Virus record (IMG/VR): IMGVR_UViG_3300032163_000049
Span: 1-38,528 of that record
DNA: 38,528 nucleotides
Strand: one strand, 5' to 3'
Origin: a virus
Taxonomy: Duplodnaviria > Caudoviricetes
Made by a program: the position numbers and the translations under genes. Each line of letters starts with the position of its first letter. Position 1 is the stretch's first letter. Below, piece after piece: positions 1 to 8,834 of the stretch. The notes under the pieces were generated by a model. It had not been told where the DNA came from, searched no databases, and saw only the letters and a program-made list of their open reading frames with translations.

Positions 1-123
1 CGCGTCGGTGACGAACTCGTTTCGGCTGCGGTAGCCGTGGTGCTGCGACTCGACCATCTTGTCTATCTTCTGTATGAGCTCTTCGGGCAAGGCTATGGTC
101 TTCCATCCTTTAGCTTGAGGCAT
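1..123 (-). CDS. RHH (CopG/Arc-like) transcription regulator, runs off the window edge
   Basis: Not in the ORF track; my translation from ATG at 123 is MPQAKGWKTIALPEELIQKIDKMVESQHHGYRSRNEFVTDA..., a beta-strand + LP + helix + GY-S-EF helix RHH pattern. Confidence 0.85.
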   Translation of the reverse strand, partial: MPQAKGWKTIALPEELIQKIDKMVESQHHGYRSRNEFVTDA

Positions 124-199
124 TGCTCATCCATTACTAATGACTAGGTAAAGGCTTATATGGCTTGCGCTTGCCTAAGTATTACCTAGTTGTAGGCAA
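124..199. promoter_or_regulatory. Divergent promoter with repeated TTRCCTA boxes
   Basis: TTATAT at 156-161 between divergent ATGs (123, 200); TTRCCTA at 145-151(-), 171-177(+), 182-188(+), 193-199(-). Confidence 0.65.
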
Positions 200-385
200 A
201 TGCCACCACTAAGACGGACGAAGACTCGCTGGCGAACCACAGCGATTCCTGAGGATCTCTATCAGCACATCAAGAAACTCGTGGAGAGTCATGGCTACAC
301 TGGCATCTCCGACTTCGTGAAGGACTCCTGCCGACGAAGAATCGAACAACTTGAGCTGGTTCACCCGCGGGAGGTTCATCCCTGA
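200..385 (+). CDS. RHH transcription regulator
   Basis: WRTTAIPEDLYQHIKKLVESHGYTGISDFVKDSCRRRIE; visibly paralogous to the divergent RHH at 1-123. Confidence 0.85.
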   Translation: MPPLRRTKTRWRTTAIPEDLYQHIKKLVESHGYTGISDFVKDSCRRRIEQLELVHPREVHP

Positions 386-553
386 ATGCGGGACCGATAC
401 GTCTCCGTGAGCCTCCCCAAAGGGCTCGCCCGTCAGCTCCGACAGTTCGTAGGAAAGCGTGGCTACGCGAGCCTCACAGAGATTGTGAAGGAAGCCTCTC
501 GCTTCCGGTTCGAGCAACTCGTTAAACACCAAAGGAGGCTAGCTCGATCATGA
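386..553 (+). CDS. RHH transcription regulator (55 aa)
   Basis: Not in the ORF track; MRDRYVSVSLPKGLARQLRQFVGKRGYASLTEIVKEASRFRFEQLVKHQRRLARS; starts immediately after the upstream stop. Confidence 0.8.
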   Translation: MRDRYVSVSLPKGLARQLRQFVGKRGYASLTEIVKEASRFRFEQLVKHQRRLARS

Positions 554-675
554 AGTTTGATGATTTCCTAGCCAGCCTCCTTGCACTCTGCGAGAAAGAA
601 GGGATCGTACGAATCAACCGTGAATGGCTGGCGAAGCAACGCGGTCGAGCCGCGAAACCGGGGGTGACGGCCTAG
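550..675 (+). CDS. Small hypothetical protein (41 aa)
   Basis: ATGA overlap with the upstream gene, GGAGG upstream; MKFDDFLASLLALCEKEGIVRINREWLAKQRGRAAKPGVTA. Confidence 0.5.
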   Translation: MKFDDFLASLLALCEKEGIVRINREWLAKQRGRAAKPGVTA

Positions 676-806
676 TGGAGAGGAAGAGAGTTCACACGAA
701 ACGCTGCGGCATGGCGAAGCGTGAGAAGTGCGTCTGCATCTGCAAAGGCGCTCGCCATCAGGAGCTCATCAAGAAACCTGCGCCTGAGGAGGATGAGGAT
801 GAATGA
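675..806 (+). CDS. Small Cys/His-rich putative metal-binding protein
   Basis: HTKRCGMAKREKCVCICKGARH; GTG at 675 overlaps the upstream TAG. Confidence 0.5.
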   Translation: MERKRVHTKRCGMAKREKCVCICKGARHQELIKKPAPEEDEDE

Positions 807-966
807 GGTCTTGGGAAACACGCCGAGGTTCTGGCTCGGTTGCGTACCTCTTCGACCTCATCAGAAATCTCAGGTCAGGCTCTTGGATTGAGAACTGTCC
901 TCAGACGGACATGCCGAAGCGGAGGCCGCGCCACTGAGCCAGACGACCCTGACGGATTTCGCAGGT

Positions 967-1428
967 ATGCTCAGCGAAGTTCGCGATCGTGTTAAGAGAA
1001 TGGAGAACGCATTGAAGACAAGTCAATCAACAGCGAGTTTCTATCAGACTCGTTACGGGGAAATCAAGCAAGCCTTCATGAGTCTGAAAGACGAAATCAC
1101 GCGGCAACATCAATCTCTATCCTACGTGGACAATGAAAGCCGCTTCGCAACTCTCAGACGTCAACTCTACGAGCTCATCAGAGAGAGGCTTTGGGCATCA
1201 TGGAATCCTGAATCCGAACCTGATGGAATACACTACAAACGAATTGTGGCAGCTTTCGTTCGAGCCCATCCCTACGCAGCGAGATTCGGTGACTCAACTT
1301 TACGAAGACGCCTGAACGAATTGGCCGATGAGCGAATCTGTAAGCCACCGCCGCTCGAATGGAAGAAACCCGGCTACTACCTGCTGCGACATCTCTCGAT
1401 CTCTCCCATCGCCCAGGAGGCGATCTGA
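967..1428 (+). CDS. Coiled-coil protein with possible C-terminal winged helix
   Basis: Heptad-like N-half; STLRRRLNELAD...KPGYY wHTH-like end; the open frame extends up to a CTG at 895. Confidence 0.55.
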   Translation: MLSEVRDRVKRMENALKTSQSTASFYQTRYGEIKQAFMSLKDEITRQHQSLSYVDNESRFATLRRQLYELIRERLWASWNPESEPDGIHYKRIVAAFVRAHPYAARFGDSTLRRRLNELADERICKPPPLEWKKPGYYLLRHLSISPIAQEAI

Positions 1429-1577
1429 GCTTGCCCCAGAAATATGAATACAAAGTTCTCCGAGTCCTCGGCAAGCGGCCTGAAAGTCTCGAAGCTGAAT
1501 TGAACAAACTCGGCGCGGACGGTTGGATGGTCGTCTACGCTGGCGAAACTATCATCATTCTTGGCAGGTCGAGCTAG
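1425..1577 (+). CDS. DUF4177-like small protein
   Basis: KYEYKVL...LEAELNKLGADGWMVV signature; start is CTG 1425 or TTG 1431 after GGAGG. Confidence 0.75.
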   Translation: MSLPQKYEYKVLRVLGKRPESLEAELNKLGADGWMVVYAGETIIILGRSS

Positions 1578-1582
1578 GGCAA

Positions 1583-1945
1583 ATGGGTCGCTATGATATC
1601 GAGGCAGGATTGGAGCGAGCAATCCGGGGACACTTCGAGAATGAAGGTTACTTCGTCGTCCGAGCGGCAGGCAGCAAGGGTCCCGTGGATCTAATCGCTG
1701 TCAGGAGATCTTGGCTTCAGCCTGTCGGGAAGATCGCCACGGTCCTCTTCATCCGATGCAAACCGCCGAAGCGCCAACGAGGATCCTTCGAGCAGAAGGA
1801 AAAGACGGACCTGATTGTTTTGGCTGCGCAATACGGAGCCGTACCCGTCTGGGCTGAGAGAGTCGGAACCAATCTGACGTACAAATGGCTGGGTTACATG
1901 AACGAGATGAGAAAGAATGCCTCTCTGCGAAAACTGCGGCATTGA
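1583..1945 (+). CDS. hjc: Archaeal Holliday junction resolvase-like PD-(D/E)xK protein
   Basis: LERAIRGHFENEGYFVVRAAGSKGPVDLIAV...LFIRCK; the (E/Q)xK position reads RCK. Confidence 0.8.
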   Translation: MGRYDIEAGLERAIRGHFENEGYFVVRAAGSKGPVDLIAVRRSWLQPVGKIATVLFIRCKPPKRQRGSFEQKEKTDLIVLAAQYGAVPVWAERVGTNLTYKWLGYMNEMRKNASLRKLRH

Positions 1946-2005
1946 GCTCCCACATGATCAAACATGCTGGGCGCTCTGCCCCAAATGCGGCCATCGAGAT
2001 GAGAT

Positions 2006-2470
2006 ATGTTGAGTGAGAAAGAGAAAACTGGAAAACTTGAGAGGATAAGCCTCTCCATAGGACGCACGGAGCAGACGGGACCCTTCGAATTCGCGAAGAT
2101 CAGCCGAGACATCGCGCCTGGTGAGAATCCTCTTGACGGATTACGAGGACTCGAATCCCTTCTGGAGCATTTCATGAAAGAAAGAGCGCAGAAAGCTCCG
2201 AAAGAGCAAGTGGTCAAACCCAAGGAGAGCCCTGAGCTCTACGCTTCCCTTCTCGAGTCACTAGAGTGGACGCCAGGCGCAAGGGTGGGGCGAGAGTGGA
2301 TCCTCATCTCCAGGAATGAAGAGAAGCTGCGGCCTGTTCTCAATCTGATGCGCCAGATCGACCCGAACGGATACCACGCAGTCGGCAAATGGAAGTACCG
2401 CATCGAAGGCGATTTTCTCGCTCGATATGGAAGCACGAAACCAAAGCAGACAGCACTCCCAGGAGCGTGA
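2006..2470 (+). CDS. Hypothetical protein
   Basis: 154-aa ORF in the co-directional early operon; no recognised motif. Confidence 0.6.
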   Translation: MLSEKEKTGKLERISLSIGRTEQTGPFEFAKISRDIAPGENPLDGLRGLESLLEHFMKERAQKAPKEQVVKPKESPELYASLLESLEWTPGARVGREWILISRNEEKLRPVLNLMRQIDPNGYHAVGKWKYRIEGDFLARYGSTKPKQTALPGA

Positions 2471-2477
2471 AGATTCA

Positions 2478-2675
2478 ATGAAGATCAAGATTGTCGGATT
2501 CAAAGTCGGCAAGTCTCGTCCAATCACAAACAGAACCGCCACGCTTCCAAAGCGCCAGCCCGTCCCTCCCTACGATCGACCGAGAGAAGTCGCAGCGCTC
2601 GCAATCGGTTATCAAATCATCGAGGCCTGCGACCTGGGCAGCGACTTCATCAGCATACGGAGAGTAGACGAATGA
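2478..2675 (+). CDS. Hypothetical protein
   Basis: ATG 2478; stop overlaps the start of the ATPase (ATGA). Confidence 0.45.
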   Translation: MKIKIVGFKVGKSRPITNRTATLPKRQPVPPYDRPREVAALAIGYQIIEACDLGSDFISIRRVDE

Positions 2676-4180
2676 GTCAAGGGTTCAGGATCGCGCCGAA
2701 CCTGATCTTACCCGCGAAGATCGCGAAGCAGGTCACGGGCATCGTTGGCAAGCGCGAGTCTGGCAAGACGTACAACGGCTGCGACTTGGCCGAGGAAATA
2801 GTCAAGGCAGGAATCCCGATTGTCGTCATCGACGGCATGGGAATCTGGTGGGGCCTGCGAGTCGCGGTCAAATATGTAGGCGGCAAGCAAGTTCCGGATC
2901 CTGACAAACCGGGCCTGCCGATCGTCGTCTTCGGCGGCGACCACGCTGACATACCTCTACCCATGATGCGCGGTCAGAAGATTCCCCTAGTGCCGGACCC
3001 AGCGAAGATCAGGCTCATGGCAACGTCAATCGTGGAGTCGGGCATAAGCGCCGTTATCGACACAAGCGCGTTGCCCTCGAAATCTCAAGAGATGATCGTC
3101 GTAATAGAGTTCATTCAGGCGCTCCAGAGAGCCAACCGCGACTATGGCGTTCGCACGATCTTCCTGGAAGAAGCGGAGGTTTGGGCGCCTCAAAGCCCCA
3201 TGCACGACGAGGTTCTCTGCCTCCACATCATGAACAATCTTGTCAAGCGAGGCGGCAACTGGAACCTCGGCTGCGTCATGCTGACGCAGAGAACAGCCAG
3301 CATCAACAAGAACATACTCACGCAGTCGGACGTGCTGATGATTGGGCGTCTGACGGCGCCGCAGGACAAGAGCGCGATCGAAGACTGGGTGAGAAAGGCC
3401 GCGGCAACCGACGAGACGAGGAAGCAGCTTGAGAAATGGTACGACTCACTTAACGAGCTCGATAGAGGCGAGATGTGGGTGTGGAAGCCGGACCCGCCCA
3501 AGATCCGCGTCAAAGTCAAATTCAGGCTGAGAGAGACGCTTCATGCAACCCGCGAATTCCTGGAATCGCCAGACGTTCGCAAGGTCAAGATGCTCGACGT
3601 CGAGGAATACAAGGCCAAATTCCTGAAGCTCTTCGAGCCACCGAAACCGAAGCCAGTTGAGAAACCGAAGCCTCTGATTTCAGTAACGCAAGCAGCTCAA
3701 GGCCCACCTTATCTTACACCGGAATCGAAGCTGCCGCCCCTAGTTCAAGAAGCAATGCGAGAGCAAGAAATCGCTCATCATCCCGACGCCAAGGTGATTG
3801 CAAGATGGCCGCCGGAATCTCAGCAACCATCGAACCCGCAAACCCTTGTGGTTCAGCAGACATTACCGAACGTGATCTATCAACGTAACCGACCGGATTT
3901 ACTGGTGCCTGATGAACCATCCTCACCAATCGGTCGAGTGTTGAATGTTCTGATGAAGGAGACTGACAAGGCAGGCAACAAACTGTGGACCGGGAGAGGC
4001 ATCACGGAAGCCTTAGCCACCTACCAGTATCCGGCTGACGGATTAGAGGAAGCAATCCGCACGTTGATTCATTGGGAGTTCCTTGCGCCAGTCATGAAGG
4101 GCACCGTGCTCAGCTACCGATTCCAAGGCCGAGAACGAATCCAACTCCAAGACATCAAGCAAACACTACAGGTGGTTTAG
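2672..4180 (+). CDS. HerA/FtsK-superfamily (DUF87-like) ATPase with Pro-rich linker and C-terminal wHTH-like domain
   Basis: Walker A GKRESGKT, VVIDGMG strand, Walker B IFLEEAE, KRGG arginine-finger region, LTQR motif. Confidence 0.85.
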   Translation: MSQGFRIAPNLILPAKIAKQVTGIVGKRESGKTYNGCDLAEEIVKAGIPIVVIDGMGIWWGLRVAVKYVGGKQVPDPDKPGLPIVVFGGDHADIPLPMMRGQKIPLVPDPAKIRLMATSIVESGISAVIDTSALPSKSQEMIVVIEFIQALQRANRDYGVRTIFLEEAEVWAPQSPMHDEVLCLHIMNNLVKRGGNWNLGCVMLTQRTASINKNILTQSDVLMIGRLTAPQDKSAIEDWVRKAAATDETRKQLEKWYDSLNELDRGEMWVWKPDPPKIRVKVKFRLRETLHATREFLESPDVRKVKMLDVEEYKAKFLKLFEPPKPKPVEKPKPLISVTQAAQGPPYLTPESKLPPLVQEAMREQEIAHHPDAKVIARWPPESQQPSNPQTLVVQQTLPNVIYQRNRPDLLVPDEPSSPIGRVLNVLMKETDKAGNKLWTGRGITEALATYQYPADGLEEAIRTLIHWEFLAPVMKGTVLSYRFQGRERIQLQDIKQTLQVV

Positions 4181-4208
4181 CGCACACGCACGAGCTCGAG
4201 GCTCAATA

Positions 4209-4667
4209 ATGAGTCGCAAGAAACGGCAAAGACCCTGGAGTACGCGGCGCGATGTGTTACACTTTACGAGAGGCAGCCCCGTCCGCTCGATGAGATGGAA
4301 GAGCATGACCTGGGATCGGCTCTACGAAATGGAGCACGATCATAAGCGCAAGGTCAAGGTGAACCGCATAGCCGAGGTTGCCGTAAATTGGGGCTTGGCT
4401 TTTCTCCGCACTCTCGATCCTCACCTACAAGGGCGGATCCTCGGAGAGAAAGGCGAGAAGCCTCTCACGGTCGAGGAACGGGATAAGCTTCGCAGCGATC
4501 TTGAGCGAAGGCTTGGAACTCAAGCTGGAGCCTTTCGCCTAGACAATCGTCTGGCCTTCGCGCTTCCGACGCCAGCGAAACAACTCATTCGGGAAGAGGC
4601 CGAACGCGCCCAAGTCAGCATGAGCGCGATCGCTCGCAAACGCATCATTCTCCAGGAGGCTGCTTGA
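4209..4667 (+). CDS. Hypothetical protein with C-terminal RHH-like segment
   Basis: RLAFALPTPAKQLIREEAERAQVSMSAIARKRII. Confidence 0.6.
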   Translation: MSRKKRQRPWSTRRDVLHFTRGSPVRSMRWKSMTWDRLYEMEHDHKRKVKVNRIAEVAVNWGLAFLRTLDPHLQGRILGEKGEKPLTVEERDKLRSDLERRLGTQAGAFRLDNRLAFALPTPAKQLIREEAERAQVSMSAIARKRIILQEAA

Positions 4668-5099
4668 ATGTATCTAAGAGATTTCGTAGGGCTTCCGGGG
4701 AAGCTACGATGCTCATTCTGTCACGCCGTGAGGGAGCGCATGACAATGTGGATGCACGATTCAGGGATCGTAATCTACATCTGCTTTCATGGATGCCAAC
4801 ACTTCCCGGAGCCTTTCCGGGACACTGGCCTATCCGATAATTGGGATCGTGTGGATCCTTGGCAAGACTACAAGAGAAGTCAACCCCGTCTCCGAGGTCA
4901 TGCCAGTCAGAACCCGGACAGCCAGTCGTGGGGACCCCTACCCTACCCTACTCCTACCCTACCCTACTACTACTCTACTACTACCGGCCTCGATGGTAAC
5001 AACAAGGTAACAAGTTACCAAGGAGTTACCAACAGATCTCCACATGCGAGAGATGGCCTAACGCACTTTCCACTTGAGGCAGAGGGGGGCCGACGCTGA
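4668..5099 (+). CDS. Zn-binding protein whose 3' half carries repeat DNA
   Basis: CSFC...CFHGC; the PLPYPTPTLPYYYSTTT segment is encoded by CCCTA/CTA repeats. Confidence 0.5.
   Translation: MYLRDFVGLPGKLRCSFCHAVRERMTMWMHDSGIVIYICFHGCQHFPEPFRDTGLSDNWDRVDPWQDYKRSQPRLRGHASQNPDSQSWGPLPYPTPTLPYYYSTTTGLDGNNKVTSYQGVTNRSPHARDGLTHFPLEAEGGRR
4935..5031. repeat. (CCCTA)n/(CTA)n tract followed by a symmetric GGTAAC/GTTACC array; candidate replication origin
   Basis: C-runs at 4935-4964; GGTAAC at 4995 and 5006, GTTACC at 5014 and 5025, symmetric about 5012.5. Confidence 0.75.
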
Positions 5100-5491
5100 A
5101 GGACAAGCACTTCAGGATCCCCGAAGACCAGGCCACGGACTTTGAGGTTCTCTGCAAGCTCCTAGGCATTCCGGAGAAGCAGGCAGGACAGATCGCCCTC
5201 CGGGAGTGGGTCCGAAGAAACAGAGCGCAAGTCTCGCTTGAGGTCTGGACGGAAGCGCGTGGGTCCGTAGCCCCGATGAACAACGCGCTGATCAAACTGC
5301 ATCTCACCATCCTGAAGGCGGACCTCCGTGAAGTCAACGAACTCCTAGAGAGAGTCGCACCTGAGCACCAGCTCGAGTTTCTCCGGAAAGCACAGAAGAT
5401 GATCCCCACTGCGTTGGCACTGATCGCGGAGACGGACGATCAGGAACTCAGGCAGATAGTGGCGGAGATCGTACAGAAGGTCAGCAAATGA
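5096..5491 (+). CDS. RHH-domain protein (131 aa, CTG start inferred)
   Basis: The frame of ORF 5276..5491 is open from CTG 5096 (CTGA overlap, GAGGGGGG upstream) and encodes KDKHFRIPEDQATDFEVLCKLLGIPEKQAGQIALREWVRR. Confidence 0.7.
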   Translation: MKDKHFRIPEDQATDFEVLCKLLGIPEKQAGQIALREWVRRNRAQVSLEVWTEARGSVAPMNNALIKLHLTILKADLREVNELLERVAPEHQLEFLRKAQKMIPTALALIAETDDQELRQIVAEIVQKVSK

Positions 5492-5560
5492 AAGCAGAAG
5501 GACACGCTGTATGCACTCACAGTCTAAGAGTGCGTCCGGGATCGCTGACAGTGAACCGAG

Positions 5561-6076
5561 TTATACCATGGAATGTGCGAATCGTGACATGATCAGAGCG
5601 ACAATGATGTCTGCAACGACTGCCACGATCAAGCTAATTGGTATCGCACGAAGCCATTCGTCGGGTACTTTCGGAAGGACCTCCATTTGGGTCGCGAAAT
5701 CACTCTTGCTGATCAATACAATGGTGGTCTCCCCTGGATATTCGAACTGAGCGCGACCGTTCGTATCGGTCATCAGATCTATCAAGTGGGCCCCATCCTT
5801 TGAGATGCTCACCGAGGCCCCCTCGACGGGCTGTAAGGTCTGCGCGTTGGCCACTGTGATCGTGATCGTTTGTCCTTTGGTGATCGGAACTTCTGGTGAG
5901 ACCGAAACCGAGAGACGGGCTTGTGCCAGATTCAATGGGATCTGTCGCTGAAGCCAGTTGATCGGCACGCCTTGTGCCGTAGCTGCAACCATGAAGACTA
6001 CTCCCGCGAAGCAGATCATGACGAGAACAAGAGCCAGTGCATTCATGACGAGCTTTGCCACAAAAGTCGCTTGCAT
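5561..6076 (-). CDS. Membrane protein with extracellular Ig/carboxypeptidase-regulatory-like beta-sandwich
   Basis: N- and C-terminal hydrophobic helices; QPVEGASVSI...TDTNGRAQF...ISKSDF motif. Confidence 0.7.
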   Translation of the reverse strand: MQATFVAKLVMNALALVLVMICFAGVVFMVAATAQGVPINWLQRQIPLNLAQARLSVSVSPEVPITKGQTITITVANAQTLQPVEGASVSISKDGAHLIDLMTDTNGRAQFEYPGETTIVLISKSDFATQMEVLPKVPDEWLRAIPISLIVAVVADIIVALIMSRFAHSMV

Positions 6077-6124
6077 CGTAATAAGATAACACTTGCGGTC
6101 GTATGGCGCTTTTTGATCGAGTCA

Positions 6125-6720
6125 CTAGATGCGTAGTTTTTTCTCCGTGTCGGTGCTGTCTCTAAGCTGCTTGTAGAGTCGCACGATTTCTCGCCAGTTG
6201 ATGATTCTGATGTGGGGCTTGATCTCATGGAATGTTCCGCCGAGTAGCTTCTTAGCTTCTTCTTCATACCTCTCGGTCGTCACGAGGTAAGGGTCGGCCT
6301 TCCAAAGATCCCACGCATGTTTCAGCTTTGCCAAGGCCTCGAAAAGTTGCCCCCTATCTGTACTTCCCATGCATGATCAGGATTCTGTCTGACCGGCATT
6401 CTCCACGCGACATCCAGCCTCATTCCATTGATTGGATATTCAGTGTCTACCGAGAGATTCTTCATCAAGCCAATGTCTCTGATCATGTCCCTGAGCTCGT
6501 TGTGGCTAGGGGGTGATCCTCGAAGCTGGGGAATCTTTCCCTTTCTAATCAGAATCTCAGCGATAGCGGGGGGTTTTCGTTTGATCGCTGTCTTCACTTG
6601 ATAGGATATGGGTGGCTTGTCCAGTTCTTCGAGAATGAGTTGGTAGTCGCTCTCGAGAATGGGCCTTCCGAAGTTCGCTAGCGAGCCTATGAAGTATGCC
6701 GACCACGCGCCTTTGTTCAA
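6125..6720 (-). pseudogene. PD-(D/E)xK nuclease with N-terminal EVE-domain-like remnant, frameshifted
   Basis: ORFs 6322..6741 (HNELRDMI...TEYP...RLDVAW...AWEVQIGGNF) and 6125..6370 (FEALAKLKHAWDLW...GTFHEI) join if one T is added to the T4 run at 6342-6345. Confidence 0.75.
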
Positions 6721-7450
6721 GTCATACAATATGCGCCGCAAGGTTGGTCTGATAGAGTTCGAGTTGCGTTGCCGCGACGGAACTGACTCTTCACGAGACC
6801 TCTAAGCGTGTGTTGATTTAGCTTCTGTTGAGGAAAGTGTTTTGAAAACTCTTCCAGTCTCATGGCTTGGCGGTAGAGGTCTTTATGCCTAACGTACAGG
6901 GCTTGCCATCTCGGAATGTCCTGGAACGGACAGATGAAGCAACCACTCTTCACGGGAATCGGCAGATGGGCGCTCCTAATGACTTCAATGCAATCCTCGC
7001 GCGTCATTTTCATGTCCACTAACGGAAACTCGCTCGTGACATAAGACTCTCTACTCGGCTTGATTCGTTCTACTTCGTCGTAAGCAATTCCAAGATACTC
7101 CGTAATGTGTGTCCCGAGTGACCGATAATATCTGTGAATCGGAGTTATCTTGTAGTCCCGTGTTGACCACCGCCATATCTTCGACGGAATTACACTCCGA
7201 CGCTTACAGGTATCGTACAAAGTTCCGTTTCTTGATCTGACAGTTTTCAACTCGATACCATGCTCATTCAGATATCTAGTCGCTACATCTAGGTACGCGT
7301 AAGTCTCCGGAAGCTCCGCGCCCGTATCGGCGAAGACAGCCACATCGAATGGCATTCTTCTCTCGATTAGAAGAACCATCAATGCATTTGTATTGACGCC
7401 GCCGCCGTAGGAAAGGATATGTGTCGTTTGCGTCGATTCTCCCTGCGCAT
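6717..7450 (-). pseudogene. PAPS reductase-family (PP-loop) protein, 5' frameshift
   Basis: HILSYGGGVNT, FADTGAELPETY, KSGCFICPF; ATG 7450 (MRRENRRKRH) is out of frame with SYGGG at about 7416-7423. Confidence 0.8.
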
Positions 7451-7492
7451 ATAAGGACTTGCCCTGCTATTTATGCCCTGCGATGCCCTGCG
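7441..7492 (-). promoter_or_regulatory. Promoter of the PAPS-reductase gene with GCAGGG repeats
   Basis: ATAAATA on the minus strand at 7468-7474; CCCTGC occurs four times on +, including tandem ATGCCCTGCG at 7473-7482 and 7483-7492. Confidence 0.5.
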
Positions 7493-7578
7493 TGAAATCG
7501 GCAACCTCGAATCATGATTGTTGCCGAATATAATTATCCGTCTTTCTTGCCCGCATGAGCCCCCCTCTTTCCCTTGGC

Positions 7579-8259
7579 TCACCAGCGCAACTCTTCATTC
7601 TCTATAATCTGCTCTACTTCCTCATGGCTTTTCACTCTGATTGCTGTCGGCTCTATGATCGCCAGCTTCCATTGCCCACCCACATCCCCATCGACTCGTG
7701 CCGTGTCAAAGAGGCATCGCGCAACTAACTTGCTCAGATTCTGAATGTCCATATTCGGTTGATAGTATCGCGCGAAAAGATAACGCGCAATCATTGGTTT
7801 GCCATCTAGAACAAATCCGTTTCCTCCCAACTCCAGCCTGTATCCCCTCTGACTCGAAAGTCCGTAGCATCTGGGCTCCGAAAATCCAGTACCGATCTTG
7901 TTGAGTCCTCCCAAGATGAATCCGATATCAGGGAAATATTGGTAGGTGGGAGAATGAAAGGAAAAGGTCGGAACATTGCTCAGCCTGATGGCTTCTGCTT
8001 GGCAAAACGAGGCGAAGCCCTCTGTCAAGTCTGTGACACCTAACTCTGCCGCGCCTGAAATCCTAGCCTGATACTTGGCGACCAGATGTTGGGCATATCC
8101 AGCTTCTCCGCAAAGGAGAACCGCGGCATGATCTGTAAGCCTGATTAGTTTCTCAGCGATGTTCGTCTCGACTCTAATCACCCCAACATCAACTGTCTCT
8201 CTGCTGTCCGCACCAAGAACCATGAAGTCCGCTCCCTGCGCGGCAACTATGAGAGTCAT
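7579..8259 (-). CDS. Proteasome beta-subunit-like Ntn hydrolase without propeptide
   Basis: MTLIVAAQGADFMVLGADSRET...AEKL...LLCG...DGDVGG matches Thr1/Asp17/Lys33/Gly47 and the DxxxGG motif; ATGA-coupled start with GGAGG. Confidence 0.85.
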   Translation of the reverse strand: MTLIVAAQGADFMVLGADSRETVDVGVIRVETNIAEKLIRLTDHAAVLLCGEAGYAQHLVAKYQARISGAAELGVTDLTEGFASFCQAEAIRLSNVPTFSFHSPTYQYFPDIGFILGGLNKIGTGFSEPRCYGLSSQRGYRLELGGNGFVLDGKPMIARYLFARYYQPNMDIQNLSKLVARCLFDTARVDGDVGGQWKLAIIEPTAIRVKSHEEVEQIIENEELRW

Positions 8260-8834
8260 TTGCTCGATTTCCTCCCTCCAAGCCATTCGGAGACTATTTC
8301 TGAGATGATTCCCTCAATCGGTTTCTTGGTCTCTCTGCTTGCTCCCTCAAGAGAGCGGTATAGTTCTTCGCGCATTGGAATTATGAGAACCCTCAGATTC
8401 TCGCGCTTCACCTGTTCTCCCGTAACCCTCTTTCGATAATCTAGCAAGTCGGTATGCGGGAATCGTAGAGCATGCTGAATTATGTCTCTCTGTTTCTTGT
8501 TGGAGATGCCCACGAGCATCTTCGCCACATCGTACTGCCTGTCGTTTGGTTGAATTGGGTTCAATCTTTGTGCGGAGTCGAAGAGAACAAGACGCTTTCT
8601 TACCAGTTCCTGAACTCTGGGGTCGAGCTTCTTCAATCGGAGAATTGAATTGAGCAGCGAAGGAGACACCCTCAACTTCTTCGTCGCATCGTTCACCGAA
8701 CCGAAATCCTCAACAACCTCTGAGCACTTCTCTGCGATAGTCATCCAATCGAGACGTTTGGTCTTTCTTCCCTTCAAGTCATAGTAGAGCTCCGCAAGGA
8801 GCTTCTCGGTTCGCTTCGAAATCTCACGCGGCAC
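8256..8834 (-). CDS. ParB-like HTH + C-terminal RHH protein lacking the ParB/Srx domain
   Basis: GSVNDATKKLRVSPSLLNSILRLKKLDPRVQELV HTH; RVLIIPMREELYRSLEGASRETKKPIEGIISEIVSEWL RHH; GTG 8834 preferred. Confidence 0.75.
   Translation of the reverse strand: MPREISKRTEKLLAELYYDLKGRKTKRLDWMTIAEKCSEVVEDFGSVNDATKKLRVSPSLLNSILRLKKLDPRVQELVRKRLVLFDSAQRLNPIQPNDRQYDVAKMLVGISNKKQRDIIQHALRFPHTDLLDYRKRVTGEQVKRENLRVLIIPMREELYRSLEGASRETKKPIEGIISEIVSEWLGGRKSSK

Noticed and set aside
4935-5031. CRISPR or mini-CRISPR array
   Set aside because: Units are 3-6 bp with no unique spacers; the other repeats (12676, 27436) are coding.
7379-7582. 67-aa ORF-track protein as a real gene
   Set aside because: Its 3' part is the out-of-frame 5' end of the PAPS-reductase gene and the rest spans promoter-like sequence.
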